A DNA stretch of 41,460 nucleotides from Chiloscyllium plagiosum (lineage: Eukaryota), in assembly GCF_004010195.1 (NCBI RefSeq), contig NC_057758.1, positions 5,174,396-5,215,855 on the forward strand, read 5' to 3'. The translations under genes were made by a program, and so were the position numbers. The notes beneath the pieces are model-generated. The model worked only from the letters and a program-made list of their open reading frames with translations. It had not been told where the DNA came from and ran no database searches. Below, piece after piece: positions 21,171 to 33,480 of the stretch; position 1 is the stretch's first letter, and each line of letters starts with the position of its first letter.

Positions 21171-24100
21171 TAAACTGTCCCGCTTCAGATTCTGTTAGCA
21201 GACACTTAGTTCAGTTCGTACGAAAGATCAATATAACCACCAAATAGACTGCATGGTTTATTCATCCAGCCACTGTTCACCTCATGAGTCTTTTGAATGT
21301 CGCGGGTGTGCGTTCTTCATTTCAAAGTGAATCAATTTAAACTGATATATCTCAATTGGGGTTACGAACGCAGAAATTTCTTTCACCCTCTTTGATGAAG
21401 TTACCTGCCAGTACCCATGCATTACGTCTAACTTTGTGATGTAACTGAATTGTCTGACTTTCTTGATATAGTCCTTTAATCTCGGAATTGGATGATACCG
21501 ATTTTGTAACGGCGTTGACCTTCTGATAATCCATGCAGAATAGTTGAGTCCCACCCCGTTTGGAAACCGAGACGATCAATGAACTCCACTGTGCCTGGTT
21601 TGGTTCGATGACTTCCTTGCCAAGCAAGACCTCCTCCTGAATCTCAACCTCTTTGGCTTTGAATGGATTAAACCAATAGGAATGTTGTTTTATTGATGCA
21701 GTATTCCCTGCGTCTATTTAGTTTGCAATAGTATTCGTCCACCTCATCTGATTCTTACATATGTCCTGATGCTACAGTTGCAAATCTGTCGACTGCGTTC
21801 TATCCTCCTAAGACTTTTAGGTCCCTAACATATCCCACTCCTCAGGGATAATTTATTTCTAATGTCCATTTAGAGGCACATCATCTGGATTTGATTCCTC
21901 ACTCTGTGGTGCAGTACCGAACACATGTTTTTGTCCCGTTCCTTTCTCCCTCGTATAAAGCTTTTTTTTTTTTCAGCATGGTCACATGACATACTCGATA
22001 CTCTTTTTTTTCTATCTGGTATCTTTACTAGATGACTCACCTGACTGAACTTCTTCCTACTTTGATATGGAGTACTAAATCTGGTTTTGACCGGATTTCC
22101 TATTGCATGTAACATTACTAACAAGTTATCCCTTCTGGAAAACGTCCGAGTGTCTATCACCTGCTTCATTCTACACTGTGACCTCTTTAGGTGCTGTTTA
22201 GCGAACTCACCTAAGCGAATTAATATCTCCCTTACCTCGAAAAAAATAACTGAATTGTGAGATCAACGACTTTGGTCCTGTCAATCTATCTTTAGTTCAT
22301 TTCAAAGGTCCTCTCACTTTATGACCGAATATTAACTCAAAGGGAGTGAACTGAATAGATTCGTTTCAAGCACCTCTCATGCCAAACAATGCGAATGGGA
22401 TACTTTTATCCCAATCATTCGGGTATGTCAACATCATCTTCGGTGTCTGATGGGACCTTTCTAAATCTCCCTGGTACTCAGGATGATCCACACTGGACTT
22501 AAAGTGATGTATACCTAAGCTATCCATAACCCCCTTAATTGACCTTGCAAGAAAACTTTACCAATGGTCCAACTGAATCTCACTGGGTAGCCAACACCCT
22601 GTGAAGAAAGCTACTAACTCCTCTACTACTCTTATTGAATTGTTACTCCATAATGGAATTGACTCCAGAAATCTGGTCGATTCCCATTTTTGGATGAGTA
22701 GTGGACCGACGCAATCAATTATAACCCACATGAAAAGTTCTTCAAATGTAGTAATTGGCAACAAAGGTGCTTTATTTTACGGCCTGTAGTTTCACAACTA
22801 TTTGGCATGTATGACACGTTCGGCAAAAATAAACCCTATCCTTATGCATTCCAGGAAAATAAAAACATTTTTGGATCAAAGCCTGAGTTTTCCGTACCTC
22901 TAAGTAACTTTCTACATGCAGAAAGAGCTTGCACCTCCTATCTGCATGTAGAAAGCAACACAACCTGGTGCGTTTCACATTCCAGGAAAATAAAAACATT
23001 TTTGGATCAAAGCCTGAGTTTTTCGTACTCTAAGTAACTTTCTACATGCAGAAAGAGCTTGCACCTCCTATCTGCATGTAGATAGCAACACAACCTGGTG
23101 CGATTCAGCACATTTTTCCTCGAAACAAACCTGCCGTAGTCTCCATTTCCGCTTTAGGATTCTATCTTTCAGATGATAATGCTCTGGAACATTCTCTGCC
23201 GTCTTTCCAGTGTGCACATTCACATGTACATCTTTTGTTGTATTGTCTTGCTTTTGCAAGTCTCTTCGTCTTTCAGGAATATACATCTCTGTTTGACCGT
23301 CTGCTTGATCAGGTTCTTCCTGCACATTTATGTCAAACAGGGTATCCACTAACTGACACTCAACTCCTTCGGCTTTCTCTTTACTTTTTGCATCGTGCTC
23401 TGACGTATAATAGTGTGATCCGCTTAACACACAAGTGTGGAAATACCAGGGTATTTACGTTTTTACTCATCAGTTTCATGGTCTTCCTTAGGCTTCTCCA
23501 CTATACGGGGTGTCACTCCGAGTTTGGACCCTGCCAAATCATTCCGAAGGAACAAACTGAATTCATAGAACTTGAAAACGTTCAATCACTCACTGTAAAT
23601 TTCCCAGTCTTGAGTTGGCAATCCAACCTGATCAAACATCGGGGAAAGCTACATTTCTTTCCATCTGTCCCACAAATTACCCTACTCTCGGGTAACAGAC
23701 CAGAAGAAGTGCATATTCGTTCATCTCTTCTGATACGTGACTAGTTTCATCCTGTATTGCTCAGAACTATATCCTGTTGTCCTTCTTCCCGTTTTTTTGA
23801 GTAATCGTTACACAGAGTCACATTCTTTAGAGAGATCAAGTACTAACTTCATACTTAGCTCCTACTGATCTGTGAACTGCATTCTCCTGCACCCGCTCAG
23901 CTTTTCTTGGGGTTTCGTTTATTACGTTCATTAATGCTACTGGCTTAGCTTCTTGTCCCACACCTTTTTCCACAGTGCCTTTCTTTAACGACAGCACTAT
24001 GACTGTACGTGACCAAATTTCTGGCAGTGAAAACGCCTGTTCCCAATACCGTTCCGAAACCACTGGCACTCCATTTTCTGTGTCTCACTCAATGTCGGTG

Positions 24101-25345
24101 AAAACACCTGAGGCCATTGACCTCTTTTCACTCTCTTGGAGTTTTTTTATCCTGTGCGCTCGACTCACTGCTTCGTTGTGTCGGATCTCGCCTTCTTCCA
24201 ACGTTTATCCCTCACAGAACGAAATTCTGGCCTGAAATGTGTCTTATGAACCAACATGTACTCATCAGCTACTTCTGTTTCCCTTCTCACTTCCTGAACG
24301 TTCTGTTACTCCACGTGAAATCTTACCATCTCTGCAAGTGAGTTTTTTTATGCTCCTCCAGTAGAATAATCTCTCTGGGTTCCTCAAGCGTCTTATCTAT
24401 TTTCAAACCACATATCCATTGATCCAAATGACTATGTTGAATTCTTTCGAACTCAACGTAATTCTGACCATGTTCCTTCTTTGTGTTTCGAAACTGCTGC
24501 CGCTATGCTTCCCAAACCAATTCATAAACATTTAAAATAGCCTGTTTAACATCTTAATAATCACTTCACACCTCGTATGACAGTGTGGCAAATACCTCAC
24601 TGGCTCGACCTACCAGCTTAAACTGAATGGGAAGCACCCGTAAATCCTCGGACCATTCCATCTGCCTTGCCCATTTTTCAAATGAAATAAAGAAGGTTTC
24701 GATAACCTTCTCAGCAAAATCTGGTAGGGTTTTGGCACATTTATATATCACTACCTCATTTATACATTATATATTTATCATTTACAAAACAAAGCCTCTT
24801 ATCTCAAAACCAAGCAGCTTTCAGTTCTGTTGTGTATTCCTGTCTTCTTTTCTTCTTCTTCGGGATTCTGCTTCACAGATTAATGCTCGATAAAAGTACC
24901 TTTAAGAGAGAAATTCTCGGGCAGTCTTTTTACATTTTGGTGGCTTGGGAGTTCTCCTCTCAACTGTTCAATTTTACCTGACCTCATACTCCCAAAACAC
25001 AGATTATGTCATTGAGTTTTAAGAATGTCAACGTACTAAACTCAAATTAGATTGTACTTTTTATTTATTGGGTATATCTTAAACTGATTGGCCTAATTCA
25101 AATCTCCTTCTTTGTCTTTAGAAAACCAGCTACCCATGCTAACCAACGAGCTGGACCACATGTTACATTGTATGTTTTTCAGAACATTTAGTGCTGTCAC
25201 TGCTAGTTTTAACTCTCGTAAAGGTATAATACACCCACATGTTCATAACACACTTTACGTTTTGGTCTTCCTTGTAATAATGTAATCCATTTTGCTCGTA
25301 ATTTATTTTGAAAATTTGTTTGCTCAAGTCTTTGGTCAATGTTGT
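21171..25345 (-). mobile_element. Decayed Gmr1-like Gypsy internal region, copy 2
   Basis: gag-like 24566-24751, integrase 22558-22999, RT 21282-21627 (YITKLDVMHGYWQV, SAFVTP, YQFKLIHFEMKNA). Confidence 0.88.
22847..23107 (+). repeat. Tandem duplication of ~131 bp (22847-22977, 22978-23107), copy 2 only
   Basis: Both units start CATTCCAGGAAAATAAAAAC; single in copy 1 (~6534-6664). Confidence 0.95.
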
Positions 25346-25631
25346 GCCAAGGGGTGCTTACGGGTTTTGTGGTAAGTATTGGAGACAGCATCGTTACGTT
25401 GGCATAATCCGTTGGGTTTTCGGATAGATTTTTGGTCTGTATTCTGTTCTCTTTTGCTTGTGTTTTGTTCAGTATTCTTGTTAATAAATTTTGTTCATTT
25501 TGAACATAATTGGTTTGAACAGCTGCATCCCTCCTCGACTATCAGCGTTACGTCTGCTTAAAACAACTCGCAAAGATGGAGTCTGACTACTTTTTTAAGT
25601 GTTTTGAGGGTATCTGGCCTGGCACATAACA
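25345..25631 (+). mobile_element. 3' part of a Gypsy-type LTR, copy 2
   Basis: Paralog of 9205-9498; ends CATAACA. Confidence 0.65.
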
Positions 25632-26299
25632 CCGTATTGGGCTTACCTTCCATTGAATCAAATGTTGTCACAACATGATCTTTCTCTTCGAATCTTTGAG
25701 CCTTACACATATCATTGAATATTCGTTTCTCCATTTATTCATTCCATGGAATATTGTTTCCTGCATGATTTTAGATTTATCAAACCGATGATTACTTACT
25801 CCATATGACGCCTGTTTCTGCACATGTCGGATCGCCCAGGACTACATTTTTATGCATGACATACAGGCAGCGATTGAATTCGGGTAGACATCAACATCCT
25901 CTGAGAACACTATGATCAACTCTCAACAATCCACAAGTTGGTTCTGCTTTCCATGTAAAAAAAAGCTTGCTGAAATAGTCATATGTTGAATGCTACCTGA
26001 ATGATTCAAATTCTTGCCGTTGATCAAATTCTGTCCTCATGAAGGAATTTTGCAAATGTATTTGCAGATTATTGTGCTCGTTTGTCTTCATGTAGGTTTG
26101 TTGGTTCCTTTGTTTGTTTGCAATGCATGTGAAATAGGATTGCAAAAATTGCACTTACTCATTTGAAGCTATTAACTGAAACCACCATTTTATGAATTCT
26201 TTGAAGATCATTAATTGCATGATCAGACACGACAAAAGAAAATCGATAAACATTTTTTTTTGCCAATCGATAATTCGAGGTAAGCACCAGAAGAATATT

Positions 26300-27620
26300 A
26301 TACTACTAAGCTATTTGGCAGTGTATGTTATGAAGATGATACTCAGAGGCTGCAGAGTGACTTGTACACACTACCTGAGTGAGAAACTAATTGGCAAATG
26401 TACCCATAATGTAGATAAATGTGAGGTTATCCAATTTGGCCCCAAATGTAGGAATGCAGATTATTGTAAGAATGGTATCAGTTCAAGGAAAGGTGAGGTG
26501 CAACGAGACCTGGGCATCATGGTGGAACGGTCGCTGATGGATAGTATGGAGGTACAGCAGGCAGTCAGGAAACCGAATGACATGCTGGCCTTCGTCGCAA
26601 GAATGGTTAGTATCGGAGTAAGGATGTCTTGCTGCACTTATATAGGGCCTTGGCGAGGCCACACTTTGAGAACTCCGTGTAGCTTTGAACTCTTTGGCTG
26701 AGAAATAGCGTTCTTGCTATTGACGGCGTCCAGCAATGGTTCACCAGACTGATTCGGAGATGGCAAGATTGACATTTGAGGAAAGTCGAAGTGTGTGAAT
26801 ATAGAAAGCAGCACAGCAGTTCAGGCAGCATCCAATGAGCAGGACTGTCGATGATTCATAAGCCCTTCACCAGGCATAAGGAGGAGGTAGTGGGTGACAC
26901 ATAAATGGAGGCCTAGCGTGGGGCTGCGTGGACGTATAGTTGGATGGCAATTGATAGATACAGGTGGGAAGTGTTTGGAAACGTTGCTGGGACGAACGGT
27001 TTGGATGGGTGAGAAGGAGGCTGGCAGCTCGGTCAAGTTAAAAGACCTTAATGACTTGGAAGGCTCGATCTGGGATGAAGTGGGGCAAGTGGAAATGAGG
27101 AAACTGGTGAAATTGGCATTAATTCCGTGTGTTGCAGGACCCAGGACGGAAGTTGAATTGTTCTTCTTCCAGTTAGCGGGTGGCTTTGACTTGTCGGTGA
27201 ATGAAGGTGATGAAAATTTTGTTGGATTGAGCTTGTATTCACTAGAACTTAGAAGGGTGGCGAGCCATTGTCACGGGAACATATGACATGCTCATGGGGC
27301 TACACACGCTAGATGACAGAAGAATGTTGCCGATGTTGGTAAAGTCCAGAACTAGGGGTCAGAGCCTAATAATAAGGAGTATGCTAGTCAGATTTGAGAT
27401 GAAGAAGAATTTGCTCATTCACAGAGTTATGAACCCTTGGAATTCTCTCCCCCAGTATTTTTTTCCGTCCAGTTCATCAGATATATTCAATGTGGTATGG
27501 GCAGGAAGTTGGAATGAGATACTGAGACTTCATGATCAGCCATGATCCTGTTGAATGGTAGTGCATGCTCGAAAGGCCAAATGCTCTACTTCTCAATCCA
27601 TTGTTTGTGATTCTATGTTT
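26300..27620 (+). mobile_element. Old CR1 3' fragment with nested Penelope-like fragment (~26800-27210), copy 2
   Basis: Paralog of 10705-12025. Confidence 0.82.
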
Positions 27621-27984
27621 CTGGTATTGTGAATATATTACTGCAATAGTCAGGAGAGAAATATCCTTAATTTTTGTATGAGCAACATTTCTGCAATACT
27701 ATTTTCATCATACATGTGGCAGGGCTTGTTTCCCCACCCGCTCTGCAGGAGTTGAATCATTTCATCTAAGTCACGTTCAGGTGCTAGAAAATTCAAGCAA
27801 TGGAGGCTGCTTGAGAAAATGCCGTCGAAACGGCTATCCTGATCAACCCAAACTTTATGAATGCACACATTTCACAGAAAAAAAGAAATAAGATTATCAA
27901 TGTGAATGATCCTTTGATATCTGGCTTGTCATGCATATAAATAGAAACCATCAGCCTGCATTTGGTAAAACAATATAACAAATG

Positions 27985-28036
27985 CTAATTATGGAAAAAC
28001 TAATTATCTCCTTGGTGGAATGAATGGTGCATAAAT
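27985..28036 (+). promoter_or_regulatory. Candidate proximal promoter of GPCR gene copy 2
   Basis: CTAATTAT at 27985-27992 and 28000-28007, CATAAAT at 28030-28036; same motifs as copy 1. Confidence 0.35.
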
Positions 28037-28126
28037 GAGCTCGTCTGCTATTAGCTATGACATCCACCAGTCAGTGCCTTCCTGTTTGTACGGAATTTAC
28101 TGAGAAAATGGAAAAAACCTGCAATA

Positions 28127-28178
28127 ATGCTGGTAAAAGAGATTTACTACCCGATTATTGCAACCATTGGCATACCTG
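28127..28178 (+). CDS. GPR139/GPR142-like GPCR, copy 2, exon 1 (in frame from second ATG: MLVKEIYYPIIATIGIP); the upstream ATG at 28108 is out of frame by +1 A
   Basis: Donor G|GTATGT at 28178/28179; A6 run at 28112-28117 versus A5 in copy 1. Confidence 0.85.
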
Positions 28179-28213
28179 GTATGTTCTAACCGTCTGTTTC
28201 TTGATAATTGCGA

Positions 28214-28375
28214 TGATGTGAAGGAGTTGGTGTTGTACTTGGATGGATAAACTCAGAGGTCAAACGACACCAGGTTATTTTCAGGTGACTTCAAATGACT
28301 AAAGAACGGTGTTCCAAAAGCTTGTGATTTCAAGTAAACCTGTTGGAGACTAAACTGGTGTCGTGTAACCTATGT
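28214..28375. mobile_element. Degenerate palindromic Penelope-like fragment in the GPCR intron (copy 2)
   Basis: Paralog of 12620-12765 with 16 extra bp (AACGGTGTTCCAAAAG). Confidence 0.6.
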
Positions 28376-28820
28376 ATTAGTAATTCATATTGACGATTTC
28401 ATTATTCCTACTACAAAGCAGGAAAGTAGAGGTCTCCTCCGAATAAGCGTTCTAAATCCGCTTGTCAGGTGAGCAAACATTCTACTCGATCATGTTCCAT
28501 CTACCTTACTAAAATATCATTACTCCTGTTGCAATATTTTTGAAATGACTGCACAAAAGTTTTAGTAGAGTTCCGTATTATTCTGTGCAGTTTAGACAGA
28601 GTTGATAATGGTATTTCAGGTATCTGTCGCATTTATAAAATGGTAATGGACATATAAGGTGTATCACTTCCCATGCAACGTCCCAATACTAACCTCCATC
28701 TTTTAGTTTTTTTTTCATACCGATGCTCTGTAAATGGAATAAATCTTTCACAACAGGTGCTTCTTAATTGATGTCAATCAGTTGTTAAAACGTGAATAAT
28801 CTGGTCTCTCCTCCTTGCAG

Positions 28821-29725
28821 CAAATGTGATGACTCTTATAATTCTGCCTCGAAGGAACTGCGGTGTTACTAAGTGCACGTCGGTCTACATGATAGCCATG
28901 GCCTCAGCTGATCTAATGGTTATTTTCATCGATGTAACCTTATATCGCATTTTCAGTTTTCATTTTCCATTTTCATTCTTGTCGCGTACTCCAGTGTGCA
29001 GGACTATTTTATACACGATGATTTCCAGCGTGGACTTATCTGTTTGGTTCACAGTTTCCTTCACATTTGACCGTTTTGTAGCTATCTGTGACCAGAAATT
29101 TAAACGAAAGTTCTGCACCCCAAGAAATGCTGGCGTAGTCATAACAACGTTCTCTTTTGTCAGTTTTCTCAAGAATATTCCAACTTTGTTTGCATATGAA
29201 ACCCAACATCTAATTGACGGAGTGCAGTGGGGTTGTCAGTCAAGTGAAGATTTTTTTTTCTCACCACCAGGTATAGCCTTCGTCTGGTTTCACACCACCT
29301 GGGTCGTTTGGTTTCCTTTTTCTCTGATTCTCTTGTTTAATTCTATGACCATAAGATCTATTCTCCTGGCCAATAGAATCCGCCAAGCCCACAAAGGTTA
29401 TCGAGATAAAAATTGCAGTGATCCAGAGATTGAAAACCGCATGAAATCCATCATTTTATTGCTCTCTGTGTCAGGTTGTTTCATCTTGTTTTGGTTGACA
29501 GCTTCTGTGAGCTTTGTGTCAACTCGAATATCAAACTCCACCTATTACAGAGGCGACTACAGTGATCCAGGATACGTCGCCCATGAAGCAGGCACTTCGC
29601 TGAAGTTTTTGATTTGTTTACAGAACCCGTTCATTTATATAATAACGCAGAGGAAATTCAGGAAAGCGCTGAAAAATGCGATAAGCTCTCTCTGGCTATT
29701 AATGCTGAGACTAGTTTGCAAATAG
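28821..29725 (+). CDS. GPR139/GPR142-like class A GPCR, copy 2, exon 2 (end of TM1 through TM7 and C-tail, open frame)
   Basis: Acceptor CTCCTTGCAG|; TM2 MAxAD, Cys before TM3 (PVC), SVWFTVSFTFDRFVAIC (DRY-like), ECL2 Cys (WGC), TM5 Pro (WFPF), TM6 FILFW, TM7 NPFIY, helix 8 KFRKAL; stop TAG; AATAAA at 29754-29759. Spliced product is 318 aa from ATG 28127. Confidence 0.95.
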
Positions 29726-30474
29726 GACTAAAACTAAAATAATATTGCTGACAAATAAATTTCAATTTGAATGCGTTTGTTCGAACGTAGCATGTATTGC
29801 TTTGTTGTGTTACGGAACAAAATGCATCAACTATTTTGCTCACACTTATTTTATTTTGTAACATATGCTGTTATCTTTATTAGTTGAATTCCACTTCTCC
29901 AACCTGCTTTCACTTTCATCATGACAGCAAGGGCCACAGCAGCAGAAGTTTGCCATTCAGTCCTTCAGTTGTGCTTTGCCATTCAATGGGGTGACCTGAT
30001 ATTTCGTATCTCCACAGTTTAGACTTGTCTCCATAACGTCAGCTTTCCGAGAAACTAGATAGTTGAAGTAGAGGAGAAAATATGACAACAACCGTGCATC
30101 AAACATTTGGATAAGGGAGCAAATCAATTACATTCTGGATACAGAACTCCACTAAATCAATTTCATTTTGTTATACATTTCTCATTGCAAGTCTTGCAAT
30201 TATCAATGTTGGCACATACAGACATAAGGCCACATGAAATAGGAGCAGGAATAGGCCATCCAACCCTTCGAACCTGCTCCGCCACTTAATAAGATCATGA
30301 TCTGTACTGGAGAGAGACAGTATCTAGTTGCTATGCTAAACTACCATGTTAAAGGTGTGTTTATGCGATATTGTCTATCTTAAAACAGTTGATGATTCAT
30401 CTTAACAATGCATTTTTTAGTTTTTGAATTGCCTAAAAATTATGCTTTCCATAGTTTTTATTGTACTTTAACTC

Positions 30475-31233
30475 TGTCACGAGAACAAATGATGCTTTGC
30501 TAACAGCTTCCTGTTGGACAAATCGAATCGTATTTTGAACACAACATCTTCCATTTGCCTTTCAATGAAGACAAAGGGTTATAATCGAAGCAATTGTTGC
30601 CGACCAGGACAGACACCTCAATATATATCAACAATGTAGCCCAAACCCCAACTTTTACAGGAGTTGTAAACAAAAATGAGGCGAATATTCCACACAGTGG
30701 AAGAGCCACTCAGTTTTAAGCAGAACAAAATTTATTTACAGAGTACTGAATGAATCTAAGCAAAAAGATGCAGAATTTAGAATAACAGCAATGTTTGAAG
30801 CCTACCAACAAAATATCTCCCGCAATTTAACGGAATGCTGTTCTGATATCCTGCCAAATTCAATATACAAACGCCTTGGCAAAAAATTGAAATAAAAGAC
30901 GGATTCTTACAGGAGAGAGAGTTTGCAGAGAAGATCAAACAAGATCATTAGCTGAGATAAGGACACTCCTTATTGCCAGTAGCTTGTTGGGTCCCCCAAC
31001 GAAATCTAACAGAAAATTGAAAATGCTTGAACCGCGAGATTTGATTTTTCAGTGTCGAAGCAGGTTATTTTTATGTAAGCCTTTTCTCTTATGTTTAACA
31101 TGCGCAGTACCTATTAGCCATAATCAAAGTTCCCTAAACACAGACAAATTGGAACCACCACCTTTTACAAGTCATTTTAAAAATAAAAGAAACAAGGAGA
31201 ATATAATATTATTAAAGGAGATGCATCGTCACA
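30475..31233 (-). mobile_element. Solo Gypsy-type LTR
   Basis: TG...CA ends with 7/8 terminal inverted repeat (TGTCACGA / TCGTCACA); minus-strand AATAAA near 30735; similar to the reverse complement of 9205-9498. No clean TSD seen. Confidence 0.7.
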
Positions 31234-31439
31234 CTATCTCCTTACAGAACCTGGGGCCGTTGTGGGTAGATGGTTTGGAACTGGCAGGTATCTCTTCTTC
31301 TCCATACGGACGTTTGGGTTTCTTGCCCAGGATGAAATTCTCGTAGTGCAAGTTGAGTTTAGAATTATTGGACTCAAGCACATTTAGTGGTGACATTTGG
31401 TGCGCTCCTTCATGATTTTGCATTCATTTAGTTTAGGCC

Positions 31440-31815
31440 AAAAGAGGCACGAGTATGAATGAGACTATTCGACCAATCGAATCTGCTTCACCATTAAACA
31501 ATGATTGGGAAGTTTCCCGAACACATTCTCCCATTTTCTTTCCGTAACATTTGATGCCCTTAACAATCAAGAAAATGCAACACTCTACCTTAAATATACT
31601 CAGCAACTTGATCTCCACGGTATTCTGCATCCATGAATTCCACAGATTCACCACCCTCTGACTGAATCAGTTCCCCTTATCTCCGGTCTGAAGAGACTTT
31701 CCTTTACTCCAAGGCTGTCCCCTCGGGCACTTTTGGCTCCTGAAAATGGAAACATCTCCCACTCTGTACTCTTCTCAAGGCTCTCAGTATTCTGTTAGCT
31801 TCAATTAGATCCACC
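31440..31815 (-). mobile_element. CR1 LINE 3' end fragment
   Basis: Minus-strand VVNLWNS...IFKVE motif and CR1 3' UTR. Confidence 0.8.
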
Positions 31816-32295
31816 TGAAGACCTGAACTGCTGGGGAGGGGTCTCTCAGTTCCGTGAACAGTCGATAAGTACACCTGTAAACGACACTTTCAATTTCAGA
31901 ATTAAAAGCTTATTCAATAATACAGCGCAGAGTTGGCAGGCTCTGATTCGCCCAGAAGTTAGAAAACCCCTGAGCAATGAAAAGTATCCAACATCTTACA
32001 GAATTTGTATGGGGTTCATGTACATTGTTCATAGGTAGGCATTGTAGCATGATCGCATACTAACAACCTATCAATACAAATCTAGGAAGACGGACTGGGC
32101 AGAAATCAACAGAAAAGGAAGGACATCATAATTGAGAGATTCAGAAGACCGGAAGGATTTCAGCAACAGAGATTAGCTTCAATTAGATCCACCTGAAGAC
32201 CTGAACTGCTGGGGAGCTCTCAGTTCCGTGAACAGTCGATAAGTACACCTGTAAACGACTCTTTCAATTTCAGAATTAAACGCTTATTCAATAAT
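31795..32295 (+). repeat. Direct repeat, 378-bp period, running into the gap
   Basis: TTAGCTTCAATTAGATCCACCTGAAGACC... at 31795 and 32173, about 125 bp aligned with a few differences. Confidence 0.9.
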
Positions 32296-32795
32296 NNNNN
32301 NNNNNNNNNNNNNNNNNNNNNNNNNNNNNNNNNNNNNNNNNNNNNNNNNNNNNNNNNNNNNNNNNNNNNNNNNNNNNNNNNNNNNNNNNNNNNNNNNNNN
32401 NNNNNNNNNNNNNNNNNNNNNNNNNNNNNNNNNNNNNNNNNNNNNNNNNNNNNNNNNNNNNNNNNNNNNNNNNNNNNNNNNNNNNNNNNNNNNNNNNNNN
32501 NNNNNNNNNNNNNNNNNNNNNNNNNNNNNNNNNNNNNNNNNNNNNNNNNNNNNNNNNNNNNNNNNNNNNNNNNNNNNNNNNNNNNNNNNNNNNNNNNNNN
32601 NNNNNNNNNNNNNNNNNNNNNNNNNNNNNNNNNNNNNNNNNNNNNNNNNNNNNNNNNNNNNNNNNNNNNNNNNNNNNNNNNNNNNNNNNNNNNNNNNNNN
32701 NNNNNNNNNNNNNNNNNNNNNNNNNNNNNNNNNNNNNNNNNNNNNNNNNNNNNNNNNNNNNNNNNNNNNNNNNNNNNNNNNNNNNNNNNNNNNNN
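32296..32795. other. Assembly gap (500 N)
   Basis: Exactly 500 N. Confidence 0.99.
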
Positions 32796-33480
32796 TAATG
32801 TCACAGGTCAACGATAAAGTGTATAACCGAGATGAGGAAGGACAAACACACCAAGACAGAGATGAACCTTCAGAACTCCCTGCCACAGAAACATAATGAG
32901 AACAAAATAGTGAATAATTCATGAAGCTGTTGGGCAATGTTATTAGCCCGAAGAGATCAAACGGCAATGGTATAAACTGAAAACGTGAGACTAAGTTGGA
33001 TGCTTAGTCCTGTTGACACGGAATGGTGGATCAGGCTGGGATGGCCATTTGATTGACTGCTTCTACTCTTTTCTCTTTTTCGAGATTCAACATTGAAAAC
33101 AAAAAAAAATGATGGAGGTACAGCCTGTTTCAAACTCATGCCAGGATGGAGTGGAGTCAGTAAACAGACAATTGATGTTGCATGCTGCTCTGAAGCAGAC
33201 AGCTTTCATTTTCCAAAACCTAACTGGTCAAGACAGACACGACTCGAGGTTTACAGACTGATGAACGAAAATTGATACATGGAATTGGCACCACCAAATT
33301 CAACAATTACCTCATGTACTTAAAAGTAAACCGATATACATGCCCAATTTCCTGACACACAGGGTTAACAAAAGAAAGGGGACAATTACTTAGGAGATAT
33401 GAGAGAGAACAATTGGCAAGGGCATTCATGAATTGAAAGGTAGTTTTAACTCCGAGTCAATACTTCGATTGAAAACTTAC

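Larger units (their letters stand above)
16133..28915 (+). repeat. Segmental duplication, copy 2 (part alignable to copy 1; the true unit probably extends both ways)
   Basis: Collinear with 1-13306; offset moves from 16132 to 15609 through copy-specific indels. Confidence 0.97.

Noticed and set aside
28821..29725. Assigning the symbol GPR139
   Set aside because: Similarity is at family level only and several paralogs are present; orthology cannot be shown without phylogeny and synteny.
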